A stretch of DNA of 64,000 nt from Octopus sinensis (GCF_006345805.1 NC_042997.1:22010001-22074000); one strand, 5' to 3'; numbered from the stretch's first letter, positions 11,023-25,599 are shown. The notes: generated by a model from the sequence alone, not told the origin. Made by a program: numbers and translations.

Positions 11023-11413
11023 TTAATTAATTAATATATTTTACTAATTAATTTATATCTTTTACTTGAGCAACTAAGACGAGAATATGCAAGAGTCAAG
11101 ACACTTTTCAGACATTTCGAGATTAGTGAGAGGTGAAGATGAACTAATTCTCAAACCTGGAGCGAATGTATGCAACGAAGTGAAGTCTGCTAAGGGTACT
11201 AAGGAATAAGTGCTTGTTTTAGTCAGGATGACAGGTGAATATATACTGATAGTGTTCTTAATAAAAGCATGAACATTACCTCATCTCTTTTCAATATGCT
11301 AAGTCAAAATTAACCAATATTCTAATGATGCTAAATTTTCCAAATTATTATCTCTGTCTGCACTTATTTTTTCACTCTCTTTGTTACATCTTCCTATCTT
11401 TATATATCCCTCC

Positions 11414-11449
<36 letters not shown>

Positions 11450-11661
11450 TACACACACACAGTATCTCTCTCTCTCTCTCTCTCAAACACACACACACAG
11501 ACAGTATCTCTTTCCCTCTTATTCTCTCTCTACCATTATAGCTCTATATCACAGTTTATCTCCCTCTCATTCTCTTGCTCTCTTTTTGTGTTCTCCTGAT
11601 TCTTTTTCACTTTCGTTCTTCACTTAGAGCGGTAATACTGCTTTTGCCCCCAGAGATACTG

Positions 11662-12030
11662 GCATGGCTGCATGGTTAGGAAGCTCGCTTTACAACAACG
11701 TGGTTTCGGGTTCAGTTCTACTGTATGACACTTTGGGCAAGTGTCCTCTACTATAGTCCCAGCTCGGCTTTCGCCTTTAAGGTGAATTTGTTTGACAGAA
11801 ATTGTATAGAAGCCCGTCGTATACTACATGTATATGTGTGTACGTGTTTGTATTTATCTCCACACCATCGCTTGACAACCGGTGTTGGTTTGTTTACGTT
11901 CCTATTAGTGTGTCTGCCCAGCAAAAGACATTGATAGAATAAGTACCAAACTTTAAAACAAGTACCGAAGTCGATTTCCGGGTGTTGCTCCAACATGGCC
12001 ACAATTCAATGATAAGTAAATGATAAACGA
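11662..12030 (+). mobile_element. SINE family A, diverged
   Basis: gggttcagttctactg..ctttgggcaagtgtcctctactatag..gaagcccgtcgtata..caacatggccaca is colinear with family A. Confidence 0.7.
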
Positions 12031-12530
12031 TACCATAAGTTTTCTTTCCAGCTAATATTATATTCAAAACTTCCTACTTTCGGAACACACATCCTTCCAT
12101 CAATTCCTTCTGTCTTCTATGGCCTTCCATACCTTTCTTTCTTTCTTGTCATTTTTCCTTCTTCCATTCTTTCTTGCTTGTTTGCTTTCTTCTGTTTCTT
12201 TTTCTTTCTTTATTTCCTCTGCCTTTTCCCTTAATTTTTGCATAACTTAATACTTCCTTTTCCATTATTTTAAAATCTTTTCTCCTAATTCATTCATTCT
12301 CTTTCCTTTTCTCTTTAATGTCTGTTTATCCATCTATTTATCAATATTTCTATATATCTAGATATGTTTCTTATTCATTTTCCCGCTCTTCCACGCATCC
12401 AGTTCCATCACTGTTTTTGTCTCCACCACCCTCGTCCTTGTTGAACTCACTCTTTCTCTCTTCAGTTTCATAGGTGGAAAGAATGAATAAATCTCCCTCT
12501 CCTTCGCATCAAGTATTTTCTGTCATTTTG

Positions 12531-13260
<730 letters not shown>

Positions 13261-13860
13261 CCCTCTCTCTCTCTTTCCCCCCTCTCTCTCTCTTTCTCTC
13301 TTCCCCCACCTGTCTCTCGCTTTTTCTTGCAATCACTAATCGAAATGCGCGCAAACGAAGAAGCATTCATATCAGCACAAACATATCCTCAGATACATTC
13401 GCACACATAAGCACACATTTATATATTCAGGGTGGTAGAATTCATAAAGGAATTGATCATAGATACAAGAGTAAAGTCTTTAATACTATTGATTTCTTCT
13501 GAGAACGTACAAGGTCAAAATTTGTTGAAGAATATGGTCGACAGATCGGTATCCGTTTTGCTACTGGTATATAGATATTTTTTTCACAGATACCAAGAAG
13601 GATGACAACCAAATCCGCTTTCATGAGACTCAAAACCCAGAATTGAAAAGGATGATGCCAAATCGTTTAAAGAATTTAGTCTTGCGCTCTATAGTAATAT
13701 TATTATTTCTATTTTTATTGACTCGTAAGACTGTCGTAGATAGTTACATAAGGATTGCAAATCTTGCCAAGGTCAATTCTATATTTCGTTCTGGGATCTA
13801 TATAATAAAATATTAGTCAATACTGAGAATAAATATAATCGTCTACACCCACCCCAGCCA

Positions 13861-13941
<81 letters not shown>

Positions 13942-13945
13942 ATTA
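13861..13945. repeat. (TTA)n microsatellite, 3' tail/target of the Dong-like element
   Basis: Direct reading. Confidence 0.95.
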
Positions 13946-15225
13946 TTCAGTAGTTTTATTTTTATAGCGTGCTTTCACTTCACTACCGAGCGCAGCTCTG
14001 TGTGCCTTGGGTATGTGCTGTGATTTGTTGTGATGCTCTGATGGTTATTGTATGGAAAGTGTTCTGCGTAGGATGTGTGCAGTGCCTAGTAGTGCAATTT
14101 TCTGTATGTTATATGTGTTTGTAAGTCCTGGTGTTTTTGTTATGTATTTGTCTGAATATTTTTTTATCATGCCTAATGCATCTACTATGATAGGAATTGT
14201 TTCTGTTTTCAGATTCCACATTCTAGTTACCTCTATTTCCAGGTCTTTGTATTTTGAGAGTTTCTCCATTTCTTTTAGAGACACGTTGTCATCAGCCGGT
14301 ATTGATACATCAATTAGAAAGCATTTTTTTTCTTCATGGTCTCTGACAACTATATCTGGTCTGTTGGCCTTAATTTCTCTGTCTGTGTGTATCGGCATAT
14401 CCCAGAGTATGGTTGCTTTCTCGTTTTCTGTGACCTTTTCTGGTGTGTGCCTATACCATCTTTTTTCTGTTTTTATTCCATAATGTTGGCATAGCTTCCA
14501 ATGTATGTAGGTTCCAACTCTGTCATGTCTGTGAATATATTCCTTCTTAGCCAGGACTGGGCAGCTAGAGATAATATGATTTATTGTTTCTTGTCCATCT
14601 CCACATATTCTGCAGTTACTTGTAATATTTCTTTTCATTACATGTTTTTGGTAATTTCTGGTGGGGAGGCTTTGGTCTTGTGCTGCAATTAAAAATCCCT
14701 CTGTTTTTGCTTTGAGTCCTGAGCTTCTCAACCATTGCTGGGATTTTTCTTTGTCTATTTCTTTTGCGTTTAGTTTAGTCCAGTATTTACCATGAAGGGG
14801 CTTTTCTTGCCATCGTTTTATCATGGTTCGTTGCTGTTCTATTTTTAGTTTGGATTTCATTTGTTTTTTAGCTTTTGTTGTTTCTTTGTCTTCTTCTTCT
14901 TCTTCATGTTTATTAGGTGGTATGATTTCTTGTTTGTATTTGTCAGCTTCCTTAAATACTGAGAACAGTTTTTTGTTTTGCTCGTGTTTTGCCGCTATCT
15001 GGATCAGTTTTCCTTCCTTCTGAAGTAGATATTTTTGCAGTCCTATGGTGGTTATTTTATAGTAGTTTTCCAGCTGTATAAGGCCTCTACCACCTTCTAT
15101 ACGTTGTATATATAGTCTTTCTATGTCAGATTTTGGGTGATGCATCCTAGATCCTGTCAGTATTTTTCTTGTTTTCCTATCTATTTTGGTCAGTTCATTT
15201 CGTGTCCAGTTAAGGATATTGTAGC

Positions 15226-15227
<2 letters not shown>
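13946..15227 (-). mobile_element. Young 5'-truncated R4/Dong-like non-LTR retrotransposon
   Basis: Uninterrupted frame with ~100-bp 3' UTR, bounded by (TTA)n on both sides. Confidence 0.9.
14045..15227 (-). CDS. C-terminal part of an R4/Dong-like ORF: RT thumb, CCHC zinc knuckle, restriction-like endonuclease (partial, no true start)
   Basis: DIERLYIQRIEGGRGL, CRICGDGQETINHIISSC, NRPDIVV..FLIDVSIP..KEMEKLSKYKDL, QKIALLGTAHILRR. The N-terminal M/I run of ORF 14045..15322 is microsatellite. Confidence 0.85.
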
Positions 15228-15277
<50 letters not shown>

Positions 15278-15305
15278 CATCATTATTATTATTATCATCA
15301 TCATC

Positions 15306-15338
<33 letters not shown>

Positions 15339-15344
15339 TTTTTT

Positions 15345-15665
15345 TTTTAAATTTATTTATTTATTTATTTTTTTTATATTATTGTCTCTGCACAGCTTCT
15401 AACGCTGGAGATATACTTCAGTGTCAGCTGTTCACTACCAATAAATTAAGGTAACACCTCTTATTTTTCGGGCACCTTCCGGAGTAAATGAGCGGTTCCA
15501 AGCAGTGCGGTTTTCTGCAAGTGCTCCACCTTATTGCAGCCCCTATTTGTTTCGTCTACTCCTCAAGACTTTTACTCACTGTTCCCAGGGCTCCGACAAT
15601 TATTGGTACCACCGCCACTTTTTTTAGCGATGAAAACTGCTTAACTTCCGAAGCTAACCTGTCAC
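15345..15665 (-). mobile_element. Older R4-clade 3' fragment
   Basis: Minus strand VAVVPIIVGALGTVSKSLEE, then frameshifted QKTALLGTAHLLRKV. Its 3' end runs into the (TAA)n at 15228-15340. Confidence 0.7.
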
Positions 15666-16074
15666 TTTTACAGTTCTATATTTAAGAGATGAGTAATTAT
15701 GTACATTATTTACATTATTTCCAATCAATTTAGATCACTTAAAACATACGGCAGTGGGAAACCGTATATATTGAAACGCTGTACTGAAGTTACAATGCTG
15801 TATTTAAAACATTTTACACCTCAATCTAGTAGTTTGTATACTATACTTATTTGATAAAACTCTAAAAACAGAACAATCTAAGGAAGACGTTTCGCAATAA
15901 ACAGTCCCGTTGTAACTTTTCTTTTCGAAAATTTCTCCGCATTTCTGTTTTTAACACGTTTGTAAAAAAAAAGAAGGGTAGATAAAAATATATAAATAGC
16001 TATTTCTGAAATTCGTAGATAAAAAATAAGCTTTAAATAAAATCTAAGCAACGAAAATATATTACAGTATAATT

Positions 16075-16350
16075 ATTTTTCCTCAAACATTGTACTTCTT
16101 TCAAAGAAGTCTTCTGGGGGACTGCAATTTTCCCAGCTCAGGAATAGATCATCGATGCAAAGTAGCCCGTCTGTAATGGTTCGCCAGTTTTCTAGCATTA
16201 AACAAACTCCATCTCCTTTTACAATATTGCAAGTGACCAGGTAGCTGACCGTTTGCTGGACACATTCACCATTACATGCTCTGTTCAACGAAGATGTCAA
16301 GTTTTGTTGCATCACAGTTCAAATGCTGCAAGAGTCAGCTTTACTTTTCC
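16075..16350 (-). mobile_element. Decayed RTE-like LINE C-terminal fragment
   Basis: AFEL*C..R*TEHV resembles the RTE AFELWC..SWTEHV motif. Frameshifted. Confidence 0.35.
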
Positions 16351-17129
16351 CAATTCTTAGGTGAATAAAATACTACTTGGCAAGTACTAGAGTCTATTTA
16401 ATTTACTGTACTACCTTATCAAATATATGGCTTTTTATCAATGTTAGGAACCCTTATTGATAGTAGTATGTAGTAATGCTAGGAGTAGTAGCGTTTACAG
16501 TGCAGGAATAAATGACTTTGCAGTAGTAGGCTATGTTTCTTTACTTTCTAAATTCAAATCGTACCTGAAGCGACTTTTCCTTTCATCTTTTCGGTGTTGA
16601 GTGTTGAATTCCTATTAAATACCAGACTGAGTGAGACGTGTTTGTATGTGATATTGGCTTTCTTGGGGTGAAAAAATCCCTCAGAATGTAAGTCAATAAG
16701 TTGTCGTCTGCTATTTGGCAGGTTCAGGCTAAGGATAAGGAAAGATTGATTCCCCTGTATAATGAAACTCGGGTCAAGGACAGCCTCATTGTGTTTGGTT
16801 TTATTGATAATTCATTTTGTCGAGAAATTTCACTCTGTAAAAGATGACATGAAAGCTCGAAAATTCATTGTTAATTAAGTCGAACAGATTGCTGTCTGTT
16901 TTTGTATGTTACAGTTGAATATGATTGATAATACATTTTCCTATAACTGAACTTCACGATAAAAATAAACAGGCCTTGAGGCACCGAAATAATTGTTAGA
17001 GATATTTTGGTTGAAATAATATTTCTGCAAGCAATACGACTTCTATCTTATGAAAATCTGTAGCTCAATACTTGAATTCTGATGTGCTGATAATAAATAC
17101 CTTAGCGACCTTTATCAGTGACTAATCAA

Positions 17130-17665
17130 AACTGAATATATGTGATCACGCTTGATCTCACATAAGAATGGTTGAATAAAATGGCCACGTATTCGAGCAG
17201 GACAATGCTCTCTCCCACAAGGCCAGGGTCATCATGGACTTCCTGCGTCAGCACATCAGAACTATACCGTGGCCGGCTCTCAGCCCGGATTTTAAACCAA
17301 TTGACCACCTGTGGAATGAAATCCAGAGACGGCTGAATCATGTGGTCGCAAGGTCAATAACTCGTGTGGAACTGGAGGCAGCTTTCCTCAGGATGTGGGC
17401 ACAGGTGCCAATGGCTTTTGTGAACCGCCTCATGCACTCCATGTACCGATGGTGTACGGCCGTTTTGAAGACCCAGGGAGGGCATACACGGTATTAACAA
17501 TGTCACGCCCTACAATCTCAATGTGATACTAGAACACATGACAACAACCCAAAGTGCATTCAAGAAACAGACTTTATCAGATTTATCAAAATTTATCTCT
17601 GATATAATGAAATTAAAACATGTTTCACAGTAACACGTCTCGCGTTTCTTTTGCGGTTCAGTGTA
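17130..17665 (+). mobile_element. Tc1-like transposon, 3' half with right TIR
   Basis: QDNALSHKAR in frame with ORF 17234..17497 (WPALSPDFKPIDHLW..GGHTRY). Right end gcgtttcttttgcggttcagtgTA. Confidence 0.8.
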
Positions 17666-19133
17666 CGTATCTTGTTGATACTGAATTTTTCCCATCTCTA
17701 TTATTAAGAGAAGTGAGTTGCATTTGAGCACAACTGTATGCATATGATTTATATGAGTGCTTCCTTTCACCGTATTTTTGCATTAGATATTTTAAACGAA
17801 GTTTCAGCATTCAATAATTTTATTTTTCTTGGTGATCCGAATATAGATGTATATATGCGTGTGTAATGTAGATGTTTGCATGTTAATATATTTTCCATGT
17901 GTATGCACACACATACTTAGAGGTATATTTTTATGAATGCATGTATGCGTATGCATTTATGTAGATAGGTACATACGCATACCTATGTTTATGTGTTTGT
18001 GTATTTGTGTGTGAGTGTGCATGAGAGTGTGTGTGTGGGGGGTGTACTAAGTAGATAAATATGTATTGGTTCATACTCATGCATGTACTATATGTGTATG
18101 CATTGTGTAGATATCTGTATATGCAAGTGTATATCTTTCTATTAGCTATCTGAATCCCTCACGTCAAAATGGGGCTAATTTCTACTCGGGAAACAAAGCT
18201 CCGTTGCTAGAATTTACATAATAGCTTTAAAAATGCCTTGCATATTCTGTTGTTCCATGCACAAATGATATTGGCAAAGCGCGTGTTAAATTACTATTTT
18301 CTTTGACGGAAAGACCCAGCTTTTAGAGCTTGTCACATAGACATTTTACAGGCATAGCAAATGCGCCAATAATTATAGTTACAAATGTGAATATATAATC
18401 CGAGTAAAGAATTTGTAGATTCCGAAGCAGTCATCTGTAAATATTTTCTTTCTCACTGATTTTGAAGAAACTGTTCATATGTGCCAGGCAGCTAACCTAT
18501 ATGACTGTACATGATGTTTTCCTCTTTCTGCCCCGAACAAAAGACATATACATACATACATATCAGGTGATGTAGGCACGTACGTAGGTATGTATGTATG
18601 TCTGCTTTTATGTATGTAATCATGTATAGATTGTATATGATGAAGAATATATTGACTATTTCACGTGAAATGAATGTGTTGTTTAAATAACCCCCATAAT
18701 AAGATTTCAAAATTATACATTCAGCAAGGAATTCCCAATACAATGGTAACTTTTATGTCAATTGTATCGTAAGCTTTTGCTGGCAGATTCTAATCTGACT
18801 TTTTACCAATTCTTACTTTCGGATATATTCACAACTCTCTCTTTCACCTTGACTTCTATCTGACTATAATGAAAATCAATAACACTCGCTGTGATCAAGC
18901 ACCATGTTTTTATTTCCATTTATTCTGGAAAGTGGTACGTGGTTGTTAAGGAAATACTGTTTGCTTGCACGAGAGAAGCAGAATCACAGAAATAAGCTGA
19001 TATATTACATTTTTAAAATATAGTATTACAACTAGTATTAGTACTGCAGCTACTACTATTACTACTTATGCTACACCAATTATTACTACAACTGCTGTTG
19101 CAGCTATTTCTACTACTACTACTACTACTACTA

Positions 19134-19168
<35 letters not shown>

Positions 19169-19189
19169 ATAATAATAATAATAATAATA

Positions 19190-19248
<59 letters not shown>

Positions 19249-19249
<1 letters not shown>

Positions 19250-19614
19250 GCTAATAGAAATTGAAAAAATGTGGCATCTCAAGGCAACTACAGTACCAGT
19301 GATTGTAGGATCTCCAGGAATGATAAAAAAAAGGTACTCAAACCTATTTGAAAATGATTCCAGGCTTACCATCCCTATAGGAAGTACAAAAAATCGTATT
19401 AACTGGAACGGCTCATGTACTGAGAAGAACATTATCGCTGTGAAAACAACATCCATCCATGAATTTATTTATTTATTAATTTTTAAATACATATTTTATC
19501 TGTGAATTTGCGTGTGTAATCTGAGAATACATACAATGAGCTTCTCTGCCCTAGGTGTATGGAAAACACTCGACGAGAAACGGAAGAAAATTTAAAGAAA
19601 GAATGAAAAAACAT
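19249..19614 (+). mobile_element. R4/Dong-like 3' stub in (AAT)n
   Basis: IEIEKMWHLKATTVPVIVGS.GMIKK, then EVQKIVLTGTAHVLRRTLSL* (stop 19441-19443) and 3' UTR. (AAT)n on both sides. Confidence 0.8.
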
Positions 19615-19633
19615 AATAATAATAATAATAATA

Positions 19634-19677
<44 letters not shown>

Positions 19678-19693
19678 AATAATAATAATAATA

Positions 19694-19974
19694 ATGGCAG
19701 AATTTCAAAAGATAGTGCTCATGGGAACTGCTCATATCCTACGCAAAATACTCTCTATGTAATCTCAAGGTTTAAAACAAACATAATTTTCGGTTTAAAA
19801 AAAAAAAAAAAAACCTTTTTTTTTAGACATTCATTAGTACAACATCCCCACCCCCCAAATATATGGCACACTAGGCATAACAACAACATGAACTTCCAAC
19901 CCTGTTGTCTCTCGAGGTCTCTGGGTGAGACTTGGAGCCAACTTGTACAAATATAAAGCAAAAGTCAAACATAG
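19694..19974 (+). mobile_element. R4/Dong-like 3' stub (family III, copy A)
   Basis: MAEFQKIVLMGTAHILRKILSM* plus 3' UTR ending gcaaaagtcaaacata-(AAT)n. Confidence 0.85.
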
Positions 19975-19990
19975 AATAATAATAATAATA

Positions 19991-20292
19991 AGGGGCTGAT
20001 TCCTTCCTTGTTCAGATACCAGGAAACCCCAAAATGGCAGAAATTCAAAAGATAGTGCTCGTGAGAACAGCCCATCTCCTACATAAAATACTGTCTATGT
20101 AATCTCAAATTTTAAACAAACTCATAATTTTCTTGTTTTCTTAAACATTCTCTAGAACAATACTATGTGCAAAACCAAATATATGGCTCCCTAGGCATAA
20201 CACCAACATGAACTTCTGACTTGTTGTCTCTTGAGGTCTCTGGTTGAGACTTGGAGTCAACTTGTAGAAATACAAAGCAAAAGTCAAACATA
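19991..20292 (+). mobile_element. R4/Dong-like 3' stub (family III, copy B)
   Basis: ADSFLVQIPGNPKMAEIQKIVLVRTAHLLHKILSM* with the same 3' UTR. Confidence 0.85.
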
Positions 20293-20327
20293 TAATAATA
20301 ATAATAATAATATGATAATAATAATAG

Positions 20328-20537
20328 TTTCAAATTTGGTCAAAAGGGCAGAAATTTTGGGAGAGGGGATGAGTCGATTAAATCGACCCCATTGTTCAAC
20401 TAGTACTTATTTTATCGACCCCGAAAGGATAAAAGGTAAAGTCGATCTCGGTGGAATTTGAACTCTGAACATAAAGACAGACAAAATACTGCTAAGCCTT
20501 TTGCCCGACTCAGTAATGATTCTACCATCTTGCTGCC
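20328..20537 (-). mobile_element. tRNA-derived SINE (family B)
   Basis: tttcaaatttggtcaaaagggcag..tcgaccccgaaaggat..gtcgatctcggtggaatttgaactc is colinear with 43262. Confidence 0.75.
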
Positions 20538-20560
20538 TTGATAATACTACTACTACTACA

Positions 20561-20618
<58 letters not shown>

Positions 20619-20647
20619 ATAATAATAATAATAATAATAATAATATA

Positions 20648-20919
20648 ATAGGAAACCCAAAAATGGCAGAAATTCAAAAGATAATGCTCATGGGAACTGC
20701 CCATATCCTACGCATAATACTTTCTATGTAATCTCAAGTTTTAAAACAAACATAATTTTCTTATGGCTTCTTAAACATTCTCTAGAACAACACAATGTAC
20801 AAAACTAAATATATGGCACCCTAGGCATAACACCAACATGAACTTCCAACTTGTCTCTTGAGGTCTCTGGGTGAGACTTGGAGCTAACTTGTACAAATGT
20901 AAAGCAAAAGTCAAACATA
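20648..20919 (+). mobile_element. R4/Dong-like 3' stub (family III, copy C)
   Basis: GNPKMAEIQKIMLMGTAHILRIILSM* (end of ORF 20501..20731) with the same 3' UTR. Confidence 0.85.
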
Positions 20920-21112
20920 AGATAATAATAATAGCGACAACAACAAGTCGATGCATGCAACATTAAATCAAAATAGTCATGCAAGTATCATACTTAATGC
21001 ATGCAACACTTTTTATAGGCAAACTGCTAACAAATATATAGAAAATTTACAAACTAAAACGAATATTTATTGAAATGCAGCGTTACAAAATGATGATGCA
21101 CAAAAATATTAT

Positions 21113-21186
<74 letters not shown>

Positions 21187-21191
21187 GGCTA

Positions 21192-21248
<57 letters not shown>
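21113..21248. repeat. (GATA)n then (TAG)n microsatellite
   Basis: Direct reading. Confidence 0.95.
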
Positions 21249-21249
<1 letters not shown>

Positions 21250-21953
21250 TTCTTTATTAACCACTGTTTCACAAAAAGGTCGTGGCCGGTAAAGGACGAT
21301 ACAATGTGGGGTTGCATAAAGTCGTGTAAGCAGTAAGAAAAATAAACAAGTAAAAAATATTCAAACATAAAATAATTCCCCAAAAGGGAATAACTTCTGA
21401 GAGCTACCCGGGAAAACCCCACAAAACCGCGATTATCCTGTCCACTAGAGCAACTGCCCTCTCTCTATATCCCTACTTCAATCTATAGACGCATAGTGAG
21501 AGCAGCTACTCATTTATTCTGGTCATTTTTGCTACCCTTCAACAAATTTGGTATGAGACAGCACTTCTCTCTTTACCCCTACTTTCATTTCCGAGAGAAA
21601 TTTGAAATAGTTGAAGGGACCTTGGCTGGAGTAAGATGTCTGTCTTCACTGCTTTCAGTCAGTCCACTACACAGCCTCTTTCACAAAAGCTATCAAACAA
21701 ATAAAAACTGTGTGTCCTTCCCAGAATGTGGCGGGACGATTTTCATAGTGAACTCAGCGGAGAGCCGGATCGGTACCACATACGACAGCAGGTATTCGGC
21801 ATAACCTCCCAAATCAGCAATGCACGAGCGCTGACAAAGCGCATGCAGAACAGTGTCACTGTTCTGTGCACATCTCAAACTGGCCTGGCTGACGACACTT
21901 CTGAACTTGTGGAGTTGATCCTAAACCACTCAGCAAATGTACTGGATGGCTGC

Positions 21954-21955
<2 letters not shown>
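21249..21955 (-). mobile_element. Tx1/L1-like LINE 3' fragment
   Basis: Minus strand EGHTVFICLIAFVKEAV*WT..NYFKF resembles the C-terminus at 40380-40600. AATAAA precedes the (CTA)n tail. Confidence 0.55.
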
Positions 21956-22031
<76 letters not shown>

Positions 22032-22145
22032 ATTCTGCCTTCTCTATAACTGGAACACGAAAAAGTCGATGAAGCCTTGGCCGAAGGGAAAAGCATCTGT
22101 CCTCGTTCATTTGAGACGAATCTCACAAACACATGCACACACACA

Positions 22146-22199
<54 letters not shown>

Positions 22200-22680
22200 T
22201 ACACACACACACACACACCACATTCACACTCACAAACGTTTTCATCAAAGCTATCACAAGAAAGAGGAAGACTGTATTAACTCCCTACACGAAAGAAAGT
22301 GGCATGCGATCTTCATGATGAACTCGTCCGATAACTTAATCGATCATACACGTGACAACAGCTTTTCAACAGAACTCCGCAAGTCAGCAATAGCTGGACA
22401 TTAAACAAGAACATGGTGAGCGGTTTCGTCGCTGTACAGGTATTTCCATTGAAATCACTTCCAGTTAAACTTCACGGGTTCTGGTTTGATCCAGTTATTC
22501 TGATGGAATGAAACTAGGATGACGTTACGAATCTTACCTAGAAATGTTCCGATAGAATACTATCGATAAAATAAAGTGCCGGTCAAGCACTGGAATTGAT
22601 GAGTTGTAGAGTCGAAGAAGCCCTTTCCAGAAAACTTCTGGCTTTGTGCCTAAATCGGAAACAATTATTATATTTAAAGG

Positions 22681-22890
22681 GTGAATTGCCCGAAGAGTTT
22701 GTACCGTCGGACAAAATACCCTGCAGTATTTGTTCTAACTCTTTACGTTTTGAGTTCAAGTCAGATCGAAGTCAGACTTACCTTTCATCCTTTCAGGAAA
22801 AAGAAAATATAGTACCAATCAAGAATCGGAGTCGATGAAACCGACTAACCCCTCTCCTGAAAATTGCTGGTCTTGTATCTAAATTAAAAT
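22681..22890 (+). mobile_element. SINE family B, diverged
   Basis: ctttacgttttgagttcaag..cctttcatcctttc..gtaccaatcaag..aattgctggtcttg. Confidence 0.6.
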
Positions 22891-23475
22891 TAATATACGT
22901 GCAAAATACCCATGATCACACTGTCCACCGTGTTCTTTTCTAAAACGGTTGAGGATGTTTGAAGATTCGGTTGTTGTTTTTAGCAAGTCAGAGCCGATGA
23001 TGTAGGAGCCTCTTCATTGGCTCGTTGTTATGGTTGAAGCAGGTGAAAAAGGTGGGGAGGTGGGGTGATGATGGGATAGTGATGGTGGGGTGATGAAGTG
23101 GTGATGGTAGTAGTGGTGGTAATGTGGTGGTTGTGGTGTATGTTTAAATGCTGCTGTTGTTTAGCCCAAGGGTAGCCTCGATTGAAAATAACAAAATTCA
23201 TAAAATTCTAACCGTGACCATCGTGTCTTGTTCAATACACCTTTCCATATTTTCTTTTTTTTTTGAAAACATTTGAATGATGCATGAAGGTGATTTGGCT
23301 GCTATTTATACTAAGTCGAACCACCACATAAAGATGCTAGTGTGTTAGTTGTGGTAGCTCCCTCGATAGATAGCTAGTTAAACTCTCTCTCTCTCTCTCT
23401 GTAGATAAAGTCTGTGGCCAGCCATTCCATTTGTCCTTGAGTTGAAAATAGGTATTTGATGCCCTTGAGCGTAAA

Positions 23476-23633
<158 letters not shown>

Positions 23634-24334
23634 CGACTGAATTTATTGATTTTATTTCATTCTAGTGATGAATAAACTGGAACTGAATGATACATTTGTA
23701 TTCGCTATTTACTTAACGTAAAGCCAACGCGAAATAAAAATAATAGCAAGCTTCATTAGAATCCTCATTTACGTTAACAACAAAAATTTTAAATATATAA
23801 AATCATTTCTAGCTGAAGGATTTATTTTATACTTTAATCTTTTCTTGGTTTTATTTATTTATTCATTTTGTTTTATTCCATTTCATCTTGTTTAAAAAAT
23901 TCTGAATGTTTCCTTGTCTATTTATAAATTATTTCAAACTTTTTTTTTATAATAATACAAGAGTAATTTAAAAGAAATCGATCTGTGTTTTGCTTCCCTA
24001 GTGACATATTTTTTTCTTCCAATATTTAATATATAAATGTAATGTTTTTATAGTTCGATTTTAATGTTACTTTCTCACATTATTACTCTAACTCATTTTT
24101 TCCCCTGTCTTTGACTCTTTCTTTCTGTTTTTGATATAGCAGCAGTTCAAGAATTCCTCAGAGAATAACTGTACAACACGTACAGAGAAACTGGGATAGA
24201 CAGACAATTAAAATTCCAGGAAGGACGTGAGAGAGAGAGAGAGAGGACGCCACACTATCGGCATTTCATCGCAAACGAAAAGCACAAACTTGACAATAAC
24301 GACTAAAACATAACCAGCAGACCGGAGAGTTTCT

Positions 24335-24745
24335 TCATAGTCGCTAAACCTGCTAGAAATAGGAGTCAAATCTCCTACAAATCACGTACCTTACCGTTTT
24401 TTGTTAAGAAAAAAAAGCACACAAGTTGTCTAAATTAACAATAAAACAATCACTATGGATTTGCCCCTGATCATAGAAACAGGACTGGCCTTGGGCTAAG
24501 CAGCAACAACAAATAATATAACAAGTCGACAACAAAGAATCTACGTAGTCTCTTGAAGCACTAGAAATAACAGCCAAAATACAACAAAATTACACAGTCT
24601 GCTCTCATAAAAAGTGAAGAAGCATTCGGTAATGCTTTCTTTGTGATATACAAAAGGACGGAATGGTCACGGGTGGGGCACTTTTTATCATAGGTTTAGT
24701 TGAATTGAGGCAGACCCAGGGTTACTCGACAACAACAGCAACAAC
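24335..24745 (+). repeat. Two diverged copies of interspersed family D (ctagaaata(a/g)..ctaaac/(AAC)n)
   Basis: Shared motifs with 45845-47050. Unclassified. Confidence 0.5.
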
Positions 24746-25422
24746 ATGAATAATTATACATCGAGAACAACAACATTATGCTGTGACTGTCTAAATATAG
24801 AAAAGTGAGAAGAATTCAGTTAAATGTGACACAGTTGTTAGATACGTCATATCTTATAGCACCAATCGATATTTTAGCAGGAACAATAGAAGCTAAAAGT
24901 ACACGAATCTACGCACACATACATACATTACATAAATGCATGCATACACGCAAACATATATGCATGCATACATGCATTCATACACAGATGCATACGCACA
25001 ACCAAAAAGTATTTTGTTTAAATGAGCAAAAAGATGTGTCCTTTTGCTTATCTATGCATATGTATGCACGTGCGCGTGTGCGCGCAAGTAGTCTCTGCAC
25101 CGTATGAGCGAACCCAGAATCACGTAGATGGGAACCGAACTTCCTTGCTATAGAACCATGTATGTATGTACGTGTGCATGTATGTATGTATCTATGCATG
25201 CATGTATGTGTGTTTGTGTGTGTATTTATGTGCATGTGTGTATGTATGCATATATGAATGCATATATGTATGCATGTATGTATGACTATATGCATTTGTG
25301 TATGTATGTATGCATGTATGTATGTATGTATGCACGTTTGTGTGCATGCATGTATTCATGTATGTATGCATGTATGTATGTATGACTATATGCATATATG
25401 TGTGTATGACTATATGCATTTG

Positions 25423-25469
<47 letters not shown>

Positions 25470-25599
25470 ATGTATGTATGTATGTATGTATGTATGTATG
25501 TATACTGACAGTTGCGTGTATGTGTGTCACTCGGAGTATGATATTCAAAAAATAACTGTCTCCTCTTCTACAAAGTTTCTGACGAATCTTGACTTAGAG

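Noticed and set aside
14045-15322. 425-aa ORF as a host or domesticated gene
   Set aside because: The start comes from (ATA/ATG)n microsatellite. The rest is a 5'-truncated retrotransposon lacking most of RT.
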